Assembly (NCBI GenBank): GCA_049325335.1
Contig: JBMOMC010000001.1
Span: forward strand, 192,001 to 256,000
Length of the DNA: 64,000 bases
Origin: Nitrospirota bacterium
GTDB lineage: Bacteria; Nitrospirota; Nitrospiria; 2-01-FULL-66-17
Direction of reading: 5' to 3'
The translations under genes and the position numbers were made by a program. Positions 31,575 through 41,965 of the stretch are shown here, in pieces; within the stretch, counting starts at the first letter, position 1; each line of letters begins with the position of its first letter. The notes under the pieces are model-generated. The model did not search any database, was not told where the DNA came from, and worked only from the letters and a program-made list of their open reading frames with translations.

Positions 31575-32969
31575 TCAAACGCGCAGTTTGTTTAAGCCGT
31601 TCAACGCCGCAACTTTATAGGCTTCCGCGAGCGTGGGGTAGTTGAACACGCTGTGCACGAAATACTCGATCGTGCCCTTGTGCGCAATCACGGCCTGTCC
31701 GATGTGGACCAGTTCGGTGGCGCCCTCCCCGATCACGTGCACGCCGAGCAGTTCGCGGGTCTGTTGATGAAAAATCAACTTGAGGAGGCCTTCGGTCTCC
31801 CCGATGATCTGCCCGCGCGCGATCTCGCGAAGCCGGGCCACACCGGTCTCGTACGGCACGCACTGTTCGGTCAATTCCTGCTCGGTCTTCCCGACCACGG
31901 AGATCTCCGGGATCGTGAACACGCCATACGGCAACAAATTCGGGAACGAACTCGCCGGATACCCGAACATATGGCACGCCGCGAGCCGCCCCTGGTCCAT
32001 GGAGGCGGACGCCAGACTTGGAAATCCGATCACATCCCCCGCCGCGTACACGTGCGGCACCGCGGTCTGGTAGTGCTCGTTGACCGCGATATGCCCGCTT
32101 TTTTGCTCCGGCACGCCGATGCTCGCAAGGTTCAGGCCGTCGGTCGCGGCGGTGCGACCGGCCGCGCCCAACAACGCCTCGGTGTACACCGTCTTCCCGC
32201 TCTTGAGACGGGTGCACACCTGCTCGCCGTCAACCACCTCCACCGACTCCACCTCTTCACCCAACTTGAACGTGGTTCCCATGTCGCGCATATGGAAACT
32301 TAACGCCGCGGTAATTTCCTCGTCCATGAACCGCATGAGCTGTTTGCGACGGTCCACCAACGTCACTTTCGTTCCCAGGGCCGCAAAGATACACGCGTAT
32401 TCGCACCCGATGACCCCGCCGCCCAACACCATCAGCGTCCGTGGAATCCGGTTGATCGTGAGAATCGTATCGCTGTCGAAAATCGGGGCCTCGACGCGTG
32501 GCATGTACGAGGAATGGTTGGGCCGGCTGCCGCTGGCGATCAACACGTATTCGGCGCGCAGCTCCGTCTGGCCGCCCTCGGGGCCGGTCACCGTGATTCG
32601 ATGCGAGTCCGCGAACGCGGCGCGCCCGCGGATGACCTGCACGTCGTTGCGCATCAACTGATCGGAGATGATCGCCCGTTCGTGATCGATCACCGTGTCT
32701 TTTTGATACATCAGGTCGGCGAGCGTCGTGGCCTTGTCCAGCCGGCACGACACCCCGCGCAACATGCGTTTGCGAAAGCCCTGGTAAAACATCACGGTCT
32801 CGCGCAAGGTTTTGCTGGGCAAGGTGCCGGTATACAGGCAGATGCCGCCGGGATGCGGCTCCTTCTCCACGATTGCGACCGTTTTCTTGAGCTTGGCCGC
32901 CTGTACCGCGCCCTTCTGTCCCGCCGGGCCGGCCCCGATCACGACCAAATCAAACTGACGCGCCATCAC
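31575..32969 (-). CDS. sthA: Soluble pyridine nucleotide transhydrogenase
   Basis: IGAGPAG, GGICLYTGTLPSKTLRE (second redox Cys replaced by Thr, as in SthA), FNYPTLAEAYKVAA. Confidence 0.92.
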   Translation of the reverse strand: MMARQFDLVVIGAGPAGQKGAVQAAKLKKTVAIVEKEPHPGGICLYTGTLPSKTLRETVMFYQGFRKRMLRGVSCRLDKATTLADLMYQKDTVIDHERAIISDQLMRNDVQVIRGRAAFADSHRITVTGPEGGQTELRAEYVLIASGSRPNHSSYMPRVEAPIFDSDTILTINRIPRTLMVLGGGVIGCEYACIFAALGTKVTLVDRRKQLMRFMDEEITAALSFHMRDMGTTFKLGEEVESVEVVDGEQVCTRLKSGKTVYTEALLGAAGRTAATDGLNLASIGVPEQKSGHIAVNEHYQTAVPHVYAAGDVIGFPSLASASMDQGRLAACHMFGYPASSFPNLLPYGVFTIPEISVVGKTEQELTEQCVPYETGVARLREIARGQIIGETEGLLKLIFHQQTRELLGVHVIGEGATELVHIGQAVIAHKGTIEYFVHSVFNYPTLAEAYKVAALNGLNKLRV

Positions 32970-33045
32970 GCATCCCTCGCCGCACGCTACGGTTCACGAG
33001 TATAGCATTCCATTCTCGGATAGTCGGCTTTGCGAGACACGGGGC

Positions 33046-33197
33046 AGGGGCAGAAATAGAACGGGGCACTTCGAGACAAAGACGGTGGCGTGTCCTTCGA
33101 CAAGCTCAGGACGAACGGAGGTGACATTGAACTTACAAAAACTATCCCGTTCGTGGTGAGCCTGTCGAACCACGCTCAAGACTTCTTCTGCACCCTG
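33046..33197. repeat. Nested palindromic (REP/MITE-like) intergenic element
   Basis: Inner imperfect IR GCGTGTCCTTCGACAAGCTCAGGACGAACGG (33088-33118) / CCGTTCGTGGTGAGCCTGTCGAACCACGC (33147-33175); weaker outer IR CAGGG-GCAGAA / TTCTGCACCCTG. Confidence 0.7.
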
Positions 33198-33965
33198 TTA
33201 CAGCTCGATCGCGTTGACGGACTCCGCGATGTGCGCCGGACGATAGGGAAACCGTTCGACCTCTTCGCGCCGCGTCACGCCGGTTAACACCAAAATAGTC
33301 TCCAGTCCGCTCTCGATGCCCGCGATCACGTCCGTGTCCATCCGATCCCCGACCATGATGGCGTTTTCAGAGTGCTCCTGGAGTTGGTGCAGCGCAGTGC
33401 GCATCATCAACGGGTTGGGCTTGCCCACGAAGTACGCCTGGCGACCGGTGGCCTTCTCCATGAGCGCGACCAACGCCCCGGTAGCGGGCACGATCCCGGA
33501 CTCGGTGGGACCGGTCACATCCGGATTCGTGGCGATGAACCGCGCGCCGCCCACGATCAGCCGGATGGCCTGCGTGATCCGCTGGTGATCGTAGTGCGCG
33601 GTATCTCCGACCACCACGTAGTCCGGCCGATCTTCCGTGATCACATAACCCACGTCGTGCAACGCGGCGACCAGGCCGGACTCGCCGATGACACACGCCG
33701 TGCCCTTGGGCCGCTGGCTATTGAGAAACCGCGCCGTGGCCAGCGCCGAAGTGTATATGTGTTCCGCCCCGACATTGAGCCCGATCTTCTTCAACCGGTG
33801 TTCCAGGTCTTTGGGTGTGCGCTCCGAATTGTTGGTGAGCACCAGGAACTTCCGCCCCTGCGCCGCCAACCGCTCAATAAACGCATCCGCCCCCGGCACC
33901 AACTGCGGTCCGCGAACCAGAACCCCGTCCATATCGATGAGGAAACTTTTCATCAAGCTCAGCAT
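33198..33965 (-). CDS. HAD-IIA family hydrolase (NagD-like)
   Basis: [27 protein letters not shown]. Confidence 0.92.
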   Translation of the reverse strand: MLSLMKSFLIDMDGVLVRGPQLVPGADAFIERLAAQGRKFLVLTNNSERTPKDLEHRLKKIGLNVGAEHIYTSALATARFLNSQRPKGTACVIGESGLVAALHDVGYVITEDRPDYVVVGDTAHYDHQRITQAIRLIVGGARFIATNPDVTGPTESGIVPATGALVALMEKATGRQAYFVGKPNPLMMRTALHQLQEHSENAIMVGDRMDTDVIAGIESGLETILVLTGVTRREEVERFPYRPAHIAESVNAIEL

Positions 33966-34041
33966 TGTTTCACATTACGCACCAGGGGCGACAGAACATT
34001 CCCCCCATTAGAGAGGTGACCCCGGGAAGCTTGTGCCCACC

Positions 34042-34647
34042 CTAATCCACAGGACGGAACGAGAGCCCATCAACAAACGCACTAGCCTCTGGAGCGAAAA
34101 GTGGTATCGACGTACCGAGCCTTGCTCGCTGTGCGTATCCAACGTGAATTAAGACACTCGGCGCATCGGGGTGCATACAATAGACTCCGCGAGCGGCGAC
34201 CGTTCTCTTCCGAAAAAACCTACCCTCCTCACCTTGAAGTGAATAGCTCGCGCAATACGGTCCTCGGGTTTCGTCTAAATCTTCGGCATGTTCCAGCAGC
34301 CTAATATGCCCTTCTGTCCATTCCTTCTTGTGAGTATCTCGAATGTACGCCAAGAACTCCTCAGGCGAAGAGAAATCGATGAGAACTGGGAGAGGCCCCG
34401 CCCATGCAGAGGTTTCGTAGTTCTGAGCACCAGCGTCTTTCTTAAACAGCACTACAGCGTCCCATTGTCGTGCGATATACCATCCGTCTCCCGGTGGTGG
34501 GACGATTGAGAAACCGAATAATGCTAACGGGGTTGTTTGGTCGCTGACCAGGCGATGAGCCAATGAGGAAGAACATCCCACAACTCCGAAACTCAGGACG
34601 GGCAAGAAGAACCATCGTTGTAGCAATTCTAGAAGCCAACTTTTCAT
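34042..34647 (-). CDS. Hypothetical putative lipoprotein
   Basis: 201-aa ORF with hydrophobic N-terminus and VVGC lipobox-like motif; overlaps the upstream gene end; AT-richer. Confidence 0.55.
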   Translation of the reverse strand: MKSWLLELLQRWFFLPVLSFGVVGCSSSLAHRLVSDQTTPLALFGFSIVPPPGDGWYIARQWDAVVLFKKDAGAQNYETSAWAGPLPVLIDFSSPEEFLAYIRDTHKKEWTEGHIRLLEHAEDLDETRGPYCASYSLQGEEGRFFRKRTVAARGVYCMHPDAPSVLIHVGYAQRARLGTSIPLFAPEASAFVDGLSFRPVD

Positions 34648-35189
34648 GGGTCAGGTTGGGCATTTAGTCGGTCTCGCTGCTGGCTAGTCCAACCTCTCCC
34701 CACAAACGTCGACTCTTCGGATCGAAGCGAGCGGGTCGTCGCAATTTCTCTCGACCCGACTTCCTCAGAGACCCGGTCAATCTGGGATGAGAACAGTCCG
34801 CCAAAACCCGGCAAAAATCTCAAGTAATAGGTTCTCCCGGGTTTTGCAATTAACCAATACATGCTGTCACCACCTTGCCACGAGGACGAGCGTTGCGTCT
34901 GAATGACGAACCCACCGGGTTCTAAAGCCGCCGCACTGTAACCGCCATTACGCAGGTGAACCGCTCGGACACCGTTTATCGTTATCCATGGAGCAGCCGC
35001 CCCTGACGCAAATTGCGCAGGCCGATAAATGTAGAGCAATGCCTTCGATGGCTCGGGGTGCATGACGGGCTCAAACATAGAGCCGTCCGCGTTACTACTC
35101 ATCAACGCATTTGGCGACGCGCAGGACGTAAGAATAGCCGCCATCGAAATCAGCACGATACTCATCACTATCCGAAAAGCGAATCGCAT
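34644..35189 (-). CDS. DUF2846-like lipoprotein
   Basis: LTSC lipobox; ALLYIYRP...INGV..LRNGGY...PG...TYYLR pattern. Confidence 0.7.
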   Translation of the reverse strand: MRFAFRIVMSIVLISMAAILTSCASPNALMSSNADGSMFEPVMHPEPSKALLYIYRPAQFASGAAAPWITINGVRAVHLRNGGYSAAALEPGGFVIQTQRSSSWQGGDSMYWLIAKPGRTYYLRFLPGFGGLFSSQIDRVSEEVGSREIATTRSLRSEESTFVGRGWTSQQRDRLNAQPDP

Positions 35190-35227
35190 ACAGAAAATAA
35201 GGTCCGACCTATTACCGGTCCCTTGGA

Positions 35228-35737
35228 TCAGCCGCGCGCTGTTTTCAGACGTCGGCGAGGACGTTTGGCCGAGCCAATAGTCTGTTGAGCCACTTCGATT
35301 AGGGAACTGCGCGCGTCGTTGACCACCCGCTCCGTTGGGAACGCCGCGGCAACCTCCGGTTTGAGCAGCACCAGGTTGGTTCCCACACGATAGGCCTTCG
35401 CGTATTTCCTCCGAGTGCCATTCCCGAGATCCTCTCGACGGTACTCGGGACGAAGCTCATCACGTTTAGCCTTCCTCATAAATTTCCCTTTCACGCCTCG
35501 TGACCAACCGGGCACGGATGTTCGCACCTTACGGCCTCGGTCGGTGTGGGCAACGACGATCAAATGATTCGACCGAAAGACTCCGAACGTCACAGATCGC
35601 TGCTCGGTTTCTGAATGATCGGGGTCCGAGAATGTGATCGCCAACGGATCTCCGAACACCGTCGCGGCTTCATGAAACGATACACCATGTTTCTTCCTAT
35701 TTGCGGCCGCTTTTCTTTCGTCCCACTCAAATTCCAT
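35228..35737 (-). pseudogene. BrnT-family toxin fused in frame to its antitoxin by an apparent 1-nt deletion
   Basis: MEFEWDERKAAANRKKHGVSF (BrnT); the family-type C-terminus IRARLVTRREREIYEEG* lies in another frame (stop 35466-35468); antitoxin-like MRKAKRDELRPEY starts at 35479. Confidence 0.8.
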
Positions 35738-35765
35738 GACCGTGGCCCTTACTCTTCGCCGCTGG

Positions 35766-36263
35766 TCACCGGTAGTTCGTAAACTGCAGCGGTATCCCGA
35801 AGTCTTTGGCCTTCAGAAACGCGATCACGGTCTGTAGTTCGTCGCGACTCTTGCTGGTGACGCGGAGTTGGTCGCCTTGGATCTGGGCTTGGACTTTGAA
35901 TTTGGCGTCGCGGATCGCCTTGGTGATGTCTTTGGCTTTCTCGGACGCGATACCCTGGGTGATCGTGATTTTTTGGCGCACGGTGCCGGCGAGGGCGTGT
36001 TCGACCTTGCCGTAGTCCAGCGACTGAATCGAGACGCCGCGCTTGATGAGTTTGTTTTGCAGGATGTCGATTACGCTCTTGAGTTTCGCATCATCGTCCG
36101 AGAGGAGCACCAGCGCGGTCTCGTTCTCCTCCAACGTCACCTTGCTCTTGCTGCCCTTGAAATCAAACCGCTGAGTGATCTCCTTCATGGTCTGATCCAG
36201 CGCGTTTTTGACTTCCTGGATATTGACCTCGGAGACGACGTCGAACGAGTTCTGATCCGCCAT
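35766..36263 (-). CDS. yajQ: YajQ family nucleotide/c-di-GMP-binding protein
   Basis: [40 protein letters not shown]. Confidence 0.94.
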   Translation of the reverse strand: MADQNSFDVVSEVNIQEVKNALDQTMKEITQRFDFKGSKSKVTLEENETALVLLSDDDAKLKSVIDILQNKLIKRGVSIQSLDYGKVEHALAGTVRQKITITQGIASEKAKDITKAIRDAKFKVQAQIQGDQLRVTSKSRDELQTVIAFLKAKDFGIPLQFTNYR

Positions 36264-39200
36264 CACACACCTCCCGGTTCGGACGCACGATCCGCCACTG
36301 TCGGTTGTTTCGGTTCCCGATCCACCTGTTCCGCGCCTTCGACCCGATTGCCGCCGTTCTGTTGCGCGCGTTTGAGCGCGCGGTCGGCCGAGGCGAGTAC
36401 GTGGTCCGCGGTTTCGCCGTCCGCCAGGAATGTGGCCACCCCGCCGCTCACGGTGAGGCGGCCGACCCGTTCATGGCCGGACGATGTCGGCTCCATCCCC
36501 CGCGTGGCGAACGATGTTTCAGCGACCAGTCGCCGCAATTTGTCCGCCACGAACCGCGCGCCGTCCTTGGACGTCTCGGCCAGCAACACGGCGAACGTCG
36601 ACGGGCCGTAGCGGCAAATCGGATTCGCCGAACGCGTGTGCCGTCGCAACACGTCGGCCACTTCCCGCAGCAGGCGTTCTGCTCCCGACGCCCCGCCCAA
36701 CGAGGCCCGCGCGCCCGCGTCGGGCTCGAACAACACGACCGAAAACGGACGGTGCAGCCGCCACGCGCGATCGACTTCTTCGGCCAAACAATGTCGGAGA
36801 TAGCGGCTCGTGTACAGGCGGGTGGCGAGATCCACCAGTCCCGCGCGATGGGGAAGCGCGCGCTCCAAGCGGTGGCCCGCGCCGAGCAGCTCGTCTCGGA
36901 TCAACTCTCCGTTCGCCGCGGCGTGGCGCGCCTGCGCCGCCAGACGCAGCCACGTCTCCGCGGCGGTATGGTCCGGTAGGGCGAACGCCAACGGCGCGCC
37001 GCGCGCGACCGTATGGTGGGCCATCCGTTGCGCAATGCCGAACGGATCGGCCTCGCACACATCAACGATCACCAGGTCGGGTGACAATTCTCCGGCCGCG
37101 GTCGCCACGTCCTCGGACGTCGCGTGGTGTACGCCCACGCCGTCGTGGCCCAGCGCCTCCGCAAGCCGCGCGGTCGCGTCCTTGTCGGCCACGACCAGCA
37201 CCGTGGGGGGCCGACGCTTGACTGCGCGCAGGACGCCCAGGCCCCGCAACACCGCGCGCACCGCGTCCGCCGACGGCGGAGACGGGACCCCACCGACGGC
37301 GGCCGGCGCACACGCGCGCAGACCGTCCTCGGAGACCGCCAGCCAGACCACCGGCACGTCGCTCGCGTGGCGTAACGCGCTCATCGCGGCGCGCGAGGCC
37401 GGGTGATCGCCCACCTCAACCATCACGGCGAACGGCCGCGTGGGCCGCGCGCTCACGGTGGCCACATCATCGGGCGCGACGGCCTGCGCCTCGTACCCCT
37501 CGCCGTCCATGCTTTTACGGACCTGTTTCAACGTCCGCGCCGAGCCCACTACCGCGATTTTTGGCACGTTGCGCGCCACGAGCGAACGGGCGGCGGCGGT
37601 GGCCACCAGCGACTCCATCACCGCCTCCATGATGCCCGCGGGCCGCGGACGAACCGACGCGGATTCGACCGTGCGGCCGCGCGGCAACAGCACGGTGAAG
37701 CGACTGCCGAACCCCGCGCGGCTCTCGGCCCAGATCCGGCCACCCTGCAGTTCCACCAACCGCTTGGCGATGGCCAACCCCAGACCCGTGCCGGGGTGAT
37801 CCCGCGTGGGGCTCCCGTCCACCTGGTGAAACTCCTGGAAAATTCGGTCCAGATCCTCGGGGGCGATCCCGATGCCCGTGTCCTCGACGCGGATCTCGAC
37901 CGCGTCGGAGTCCACCCCGTGGTCAACGCCCTGAATCCGCACCGTCACGACGCCGCCGGGAGGGGTGAACTTGACCGCGTTCGACACCAGGTTGAGGAGC
38001 ACCTGTTTGACCAACCCCTCGTCCGCGAAGGCGATTACCGGCGCGTCGTCGAGTTCCGTGACGAGGCGCAAGTGCTGCTTGTCGATCAACGGCCCGAGCG
38101 TATCGCCCACCCGGCCGGCCAGCGGGCGGAGGTCGAACGCGCTCGCGTGCCATTCCAGTTTCCCGGCCTTGATTTTCGACAGATCGAGCACGTTGTTAAT
38201 CATGCCCAGCAGGTCGCGGCCGCTGTCCAACATGATCCGCACATACCGTTCCTGCTCCGGCGTGAGCGGGCCCGGAATACGACCCAGCAACAGCTCGGAA
38301 AACCCGATGATCGCAGTCAAAGGAATCCGCAGTTCGTGCCCGACGTTCGAGAGAAATTCGGTCTTGAGGCGATCGAGCTGCTCGAATTCCTTCACCAGGG
38401 CGCAGGCGCGTTCATATAGCCCGGCGTTCTCCAACGCGGTGCCGACCTGGCTGCCGATCGACGTCAACAGGTTCAGGTCCTGCGGCGTAAACGTCCTCGG
38501 GTCGCGACTAGCCACCGCCAACGTGCCCACCAGGTGGCCCTTGGCCATGACCGGCACGCACGCGGCGGCGCGAAATCCCTGCGCGAATAACACGGCCTCG
38601 CCCGCGTCGCCCAACCCGCCGATCGCCGCGTCGGCTGTGAGCGGCGCGCCGCGCGCGGCGACCCGGCCGGACAACCCTTCTCCTTGCGGGCAGACCGCCA
38701 ACGCCTCTAGCGCGCCCGTCGGCACGCCGCGATGCGCGCGCAAGGTCAACCCGCGCGCGTCCAGCAGCCGAATAAACGCCGCCTCCACATTCAACGCCAG
38801 CGGCAGGCGATCCAGCACGCTGCCCAAGATTTCATCGGGATCCAATGATCGGTTGACGGTCACCGCCACGGTATTGACCGCGGTCAACGCCATGGTGCGG
38901 TCCGCAACCGTTTGCTCGAGCGTGCGGTGCGACTCCGCGAGCCGAGCCGCCATCAAGTTGAAGGCCGCGGCCAGTTGCGCCAAGTCCAGTTCGGCCGGCA
39001 CGTTCAACCGATGGTCGAGGTCCCCCTCTCCGATCCGCCGCACGCCGTCGCGTAGCGCCCGAATCGGGCGCGACAAGACGCGCGACCCCCCGATGGCGAT
39101 CGCCACCGCCAATCCGACCGACACCGCATAGAGCGTCGGCCCGGTCCACGCGGGCCATTGCGCCAACCCGTGCCGCGAGGCCCACAATGTGACGGTCGCC

Positions 39201-39331
39201 GCAGTGAGCGGCGCGACCCCCGCGGTCAACATCGCGGCCACGATGGCGCCGCGATACCCGATCAACGGACGCGCGGAACGGCGACGTCCCGCGGCGGCCT
39301 CGCGCCGTGAGGGCTCAGTCACGGGATTCAA
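36263..39331 (-). CDS. Membrane hybrid sensor kinase (TM-HAMP-GAF-HisKA-HATPase-degenerate REC-degenerate GGDEF)
   Basis: HAMP (RPIRAL...AFNLMA), H-box [29 protein letters not shown] fold with RYGPSTF. Confidence 0.85.
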   Translation of the reverse strand: MNPVTEPSRREAAAGRRRSARPLIGYRGAIVAAMLTAGVAPLTAATVTLWASRHGLAQWPAWTGPTLYAVSVGLAVAIAIGGSRVLSRPIRALRDGVRRIGEGDLDHRLNVPAELDLAQLAAAFNLMAARLAESHRTLEQTVADRTMALTAVNTVAVTVNRSLDPDEILGSVLDRLPLALNVEAAFIRLLDARGLTLRAHRGVPTGALEALAVCPQGEGLSGRVAARGAPLTADAAIGGLGDAGEAVLFAQGFRAAACVPVMAKGHLVGTLAVASRDPRTFTPQDLNLLTSIGSQVGTALENAGLYERACALVKEFEQLDRLKTEFLSNVGHELRIPLTAIIGFSELLLGRIPGPLTPEQERYVRIMLDSGRDLLGMINNVLDLSKIKAGKLEWHASAFDLRPLAGRVGDTLGPLIDKQHLRLVTELDDAPVIAFADEGLVKQVLLNLVSNAVKFTPPGGVVTVRIQGVDHGVDSDAVEIRVEDTGIGIAPEDLDRIFQEFHQVDGSPTRDHPGTGLGLAIAKRLVELQGGRIWAESRAGFGSRFTVLLPRGRTVESASVRPRPAGIMEAVMESLVATAAARSLVARNVPKIAVVGSARTLKQVRKSMDGEGYEAQAVAPDDVATVSARPTRPFAVMVEVGDHPASRAAMSALRHASDVPVVWLAVSEDGLRACAPAAVGGVPSPPSADAVRAVLRGLGVLRAVKRRPPTVLVVADKDATARLAEALGHDGVGVHHATSEDVATAAGELSPDLVIVDVCEADPFGIAQRMAHHTVARGAPLAFALPDHTAAETWLRLAAQARHAAANGELIRDELLGAGHRLERALPHRAGLVDLATRLYTSRYLRHCLAEEVDRAWRLHRPFSVVLFEPDAGARASLGGASGAERLLREVADVLRRHTRSANPICRYGPSTFAVLLAETSKDGARFVADKLRRLVAETSFATRGMEPTSSGHERVGRLTVSGGVATFLADGETADHVLASADRALKRAQQNGGNRVEGAEQVDREPKQPTVADRASEPGGV

Positions 39332-40169
39332 ACCCCCGAACCGCGAGCCAGAGCATCGCGACGCCGAACGCCCCCATTACGACCAAATCTTGCAGCACTT
39401 CGAAGCGATGAAACCCGATGAGCACGGACCGCAACGCGTCCACGCCGTAGGTCAACGGATTGAGGTTCACGAGCACGGACATCCACCGGGGCAACCCGTC
39501 CATCGGAAACATCGCCCCCGATAAAAAGAACATGGGCAGCGTCAAAAAATTCATGATCACGGTAAACCCTTGCATGGAGCGCATGCGCGAGGCGGCCGCG
39601 ATCCCCATCGCGGTGAGCGAGACCGAGATGTACAGCAGCAACGGCAACAACGCCAACGCGGACGTCCACGAGAACTGAATCTGCAAAAACGGCGCGAATA
39701 ATAACATCAAACACCCTTGGAGCATAGCCACCGTGCTGCCGCCCAGGGTTTTGCCCACCGCCACTGCGGCGCGGGAAATGGGCGCCACCATCACCTCTTT
39801 GAGAAATCCGATTTCTCGGTCCCAAATAATCGAGATGGCCGAAAACACCGACGTAAACAGCAACGTCATCGCGATGATGCCGGGATAGATGAACGTCAGA
39901 TAGTCGGGGACTCCGGGCGCGAATTCGCGGCCCGTGGGCTCCACGTTGAACGCGTGCGGGATCCCCTTGCCGATCCCGGTTCCCAGCAACAACAAAAACA
40001 GCGCGGGTTGGACCGTGGCGCCGATGATGCGCGGCTTGTCGCGCCAAAACTTGACCACCTCGCGCAGCCAGATCGTGTAGATCCCCGAAACGTCGTCCTT
40101 CCACCGGCCGGACGCCACGGCGTCTGACGGTTCGGCGTGGACGCCTTCCGCGCCGCCGGATCGGCTCAT
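39315..40169 (-). CDS. ABC-2 type transporter permease
   Basis: PGIIAMTLLF, WDREIGFLKEVMVAP, LSGAMFP, NPLTYGVDALR. Confidence 0.92.
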   Translation of the reverse strand: MSRSGGAEGVHAEPSDAVASGRWKDDVSGIYTIWLREVVKFWRDKPRIIGATVQPALFLLLLGTGIGKGIPHAFNVEPTGREFAPGVPDYLTFIYPGIIAMTLLFTSVFSAISIIWDREIGFLKEVMVAPISRAAVAVGKTLGGSTVAMLQGCLMLLFAPFLQIQFSWTSALALLPLLLYISVSLTAMGIAAASRMRSMQGFTVIMNFLTLPMFFLSGAMFPMDGLPRWMSVLVNLNPLTYGVDALRSVLIGFHRFEVLQDLVVMGAFGVAMLWLAVRGFESRD

Positions 40170-41119
40170 GCCGCGCCCCGCGAGCCGTCGCCTTCGCTCC
40201 GCAGGTGCCGGCCGGTCTTGTGCAAGAACACGTCTTCCAACGTCGGCCGCGTGAGATTCACACTGGTCACGTCAAAGGTTGCCTGCTTAATGAACGCGGG
40301 GAGGAACTCGTCGCCGTTGGGCACCTCGAACGCCAGTTCGCGCTCGCGCACCATCACCGGCGACAGTCCCCGGCTGTAGAGGAACTCCCGCGCGCGGTCG
40401 ATGTGGTGCGTGGTGATGGAAATTCGATCCCCGCCCGCGGCTTTCTTCAGTCCCGAAGGGGTATCGAGCGCAATCAGTTTCCCGTAGTCGATAATCGCGA
40501 TCCGGCCGCAGTGTTCGGCCTCCTCCATATAATGCGTGGTCAGAAAAATCGTGACCCCTTCCGTGTCCCGCAGTTCGTGGATGTAGTTCCAAATGAGGCA
40601 CCGGGTCTGGGGGTCCAGACCCAAGGTCGGTTCGTCCAGGAACAAGATCCGGGGGTGGTGAATCAGACCGCGCGCGATTTCCAACCGTCGTTTCATGCCC
40701 CCGGAAAAATTCTTGACCAAATCGTCGCGGCGGGTCATCAGCTCGACCATCTCCAGCATCTGGGCGATCCGTCGGGTCGCTACCTCGCGCGGCACGCGGT
40801 ACAATCGCGCGTGAAAATCCAGGTTCTCCTGCGCGGTCAACCGCTCGTCCAAGCTCGGGTCCTGGAACACCAGCCCGATGGACTTGCGGACCATGTGCGG
40901 CTGCGCGACGATGTCGAACCCGTTGAGAATCGCGGTCCCCGCGGTCGGCTGGAGCAACGTGCAGAGCATGCCGATGGTCGTAGTTTTTCCCGCGCCGTTC
41001 GGCCCCAAGAACCCGAAAACCTCCCCACGCTCCACCGTGAACGAGACATCGTCCACGGCCGTCACCGACCTTTTTTTCGTTTGAAAGATGCGCCGGAGGC
41101 GGCGCACGTCGATCATCAT
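40166..41119 (-). CDS. ABC transporter ATP-binding protein (DrrA-like)
   Basis: GPNGAGKTT, FSGGMKRRLE, LFLDEPT, TTHYMEEA. Confidence 0.94.
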   Translation of the reverse strand: MMIDVRRLRRIFQTKKRSVTAVDDVSFTVERGEVFGFLGPNGAGKTTTIGMLCTLLQPTAGTAILNGFDIVAQPHMVRKSIGLVFQDPSLDERLTAQENLDFHARLYRVPREVATRRIAQMLEMVELMTRRDDLVKNFSGGMKRRLEIARGLIHHPRILFLDEPTLGLDPQTRCLIWNYIHELRDTEGVTIFLTTHYMEEAEHCGRIAIIDYGKLIALDTPSGLKKAAGGDRISITTHHIDRAREFLYSRGLSPVMVRERELAFEVPNGDEFLPAFIKQATFDVTSVNLTRPTLEDVFLHKTGRHLRSEGDGSRGAA

Positions 41120-41173
41120 AATATTGGTGTAGCCAGTGCCTTTCGAGACATCCAGCCGCGTCTTTACGTGGCT

Positions 41174-41298
41174 GGAGCCTGTTCAGGAGGTGCCAGATGC
41201 AAGGCGCCGCGAGCACCGGAGCGGAGCGTACGTTGTAAGTACGTGAGCACCGGGTGCGCAGCGGCAACGCCGCAGATGGCACCTCCTGAACAGGCTCC
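41174..41298. mobile_element. 125-bp MITE-like element with perfect 22-bp terminal inverted repeats
   Basis: GGAGCCTGTTCAGGAGGTGCCA (41174-41195) / TGGCACCTCCTGAACAGGCTCC (41277-41298); internal palindromic core CGTACGTTGTAAGTACG; no ORF. Confidence 0.7.
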
Positions 41299-41299
41299 T

Positions 41300-41965
41300 C
41301 TACCGGAGTGTCGGGGTTTCGACGACTTCTATCCCCGCCGGTACGCTGAACGAGAACAGCGACGCCTCCAGCTTCGGGTTCACCGCCAGCTTCGAGAACA
41401 CGAACGACGACACGTTGCCGTTCTTCGGATGCAAGGCGATGGACGTCACCACGCGGCGTTGCGCGTCCACGCCCACGGTCACGTGGTCCAAATCCGCCAC
41501 CGCGCGCTTGGGTTCAAGCCGTAGTCGATACTCCGCGTCCCGCCGTGGCGACGCCGGATCCTCCCACGAGACCACGAAGTCCTGGTCCAACCGCTCCAGG
41601 GTCATCAGCAGGTGCAGGGGAATCTGGTCGTCGTTCTCCGGCGTGAGCGTGCTGACGATGACCTGTTTGTGCGCCGGAATGTAATACTGGATGCGGCCTT
41701 CGTTCACGTAAATCTGCTGGTTGCTCGGCTCGGTGTAGTCCCACCGCATCTTGCCCTTGGCCAGATACACTTTGCCCTTGGCCTGGATCGTGGTGGAAAA
41801 CCCGGTCACGGTCGTGCTCTGCGCAAAGTCCGCGGACAGGTCGGCCAAAGCGTGATACGTCTCGCGCACGCCGGAGACGACGTCGGCCGGGGTGGGCGGC
41901 GCGGCGCCGCCGAGGGTCCCAGCCGCCGCGATCGCGAGCGCCCAACGCGCCCACTGTGACCTCAT
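41300..41965 (-). CDS. lolA: Outer-membrane lipoprotein carrier LolA
   Basis: Signal peptide, ADFAQ, GKMRWDY, FSFSVPAGIEV; directly downstream of ftsK. Confidence 0.88.
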   Translation of the reverse strand: MRSQWARWALAIAAAGTLGGAAPPTPADVVSGVRETYHALADLSADFAQSTTVTGFSTTIQAKGKVYLAKGKMRWDYTEPSNQQIYVNEGRIQYYIPAHKQVIVSTLTPENDDQIPLHLLMTLERLDQDFVVSWEDPASPRRDAEYRLRLEPKRAVADLDHVTVGVDAQRRVVTSIALHPKNGNVSSFVFSKLAVNPKLEASLFSFSVPAGIEVVETPTLR

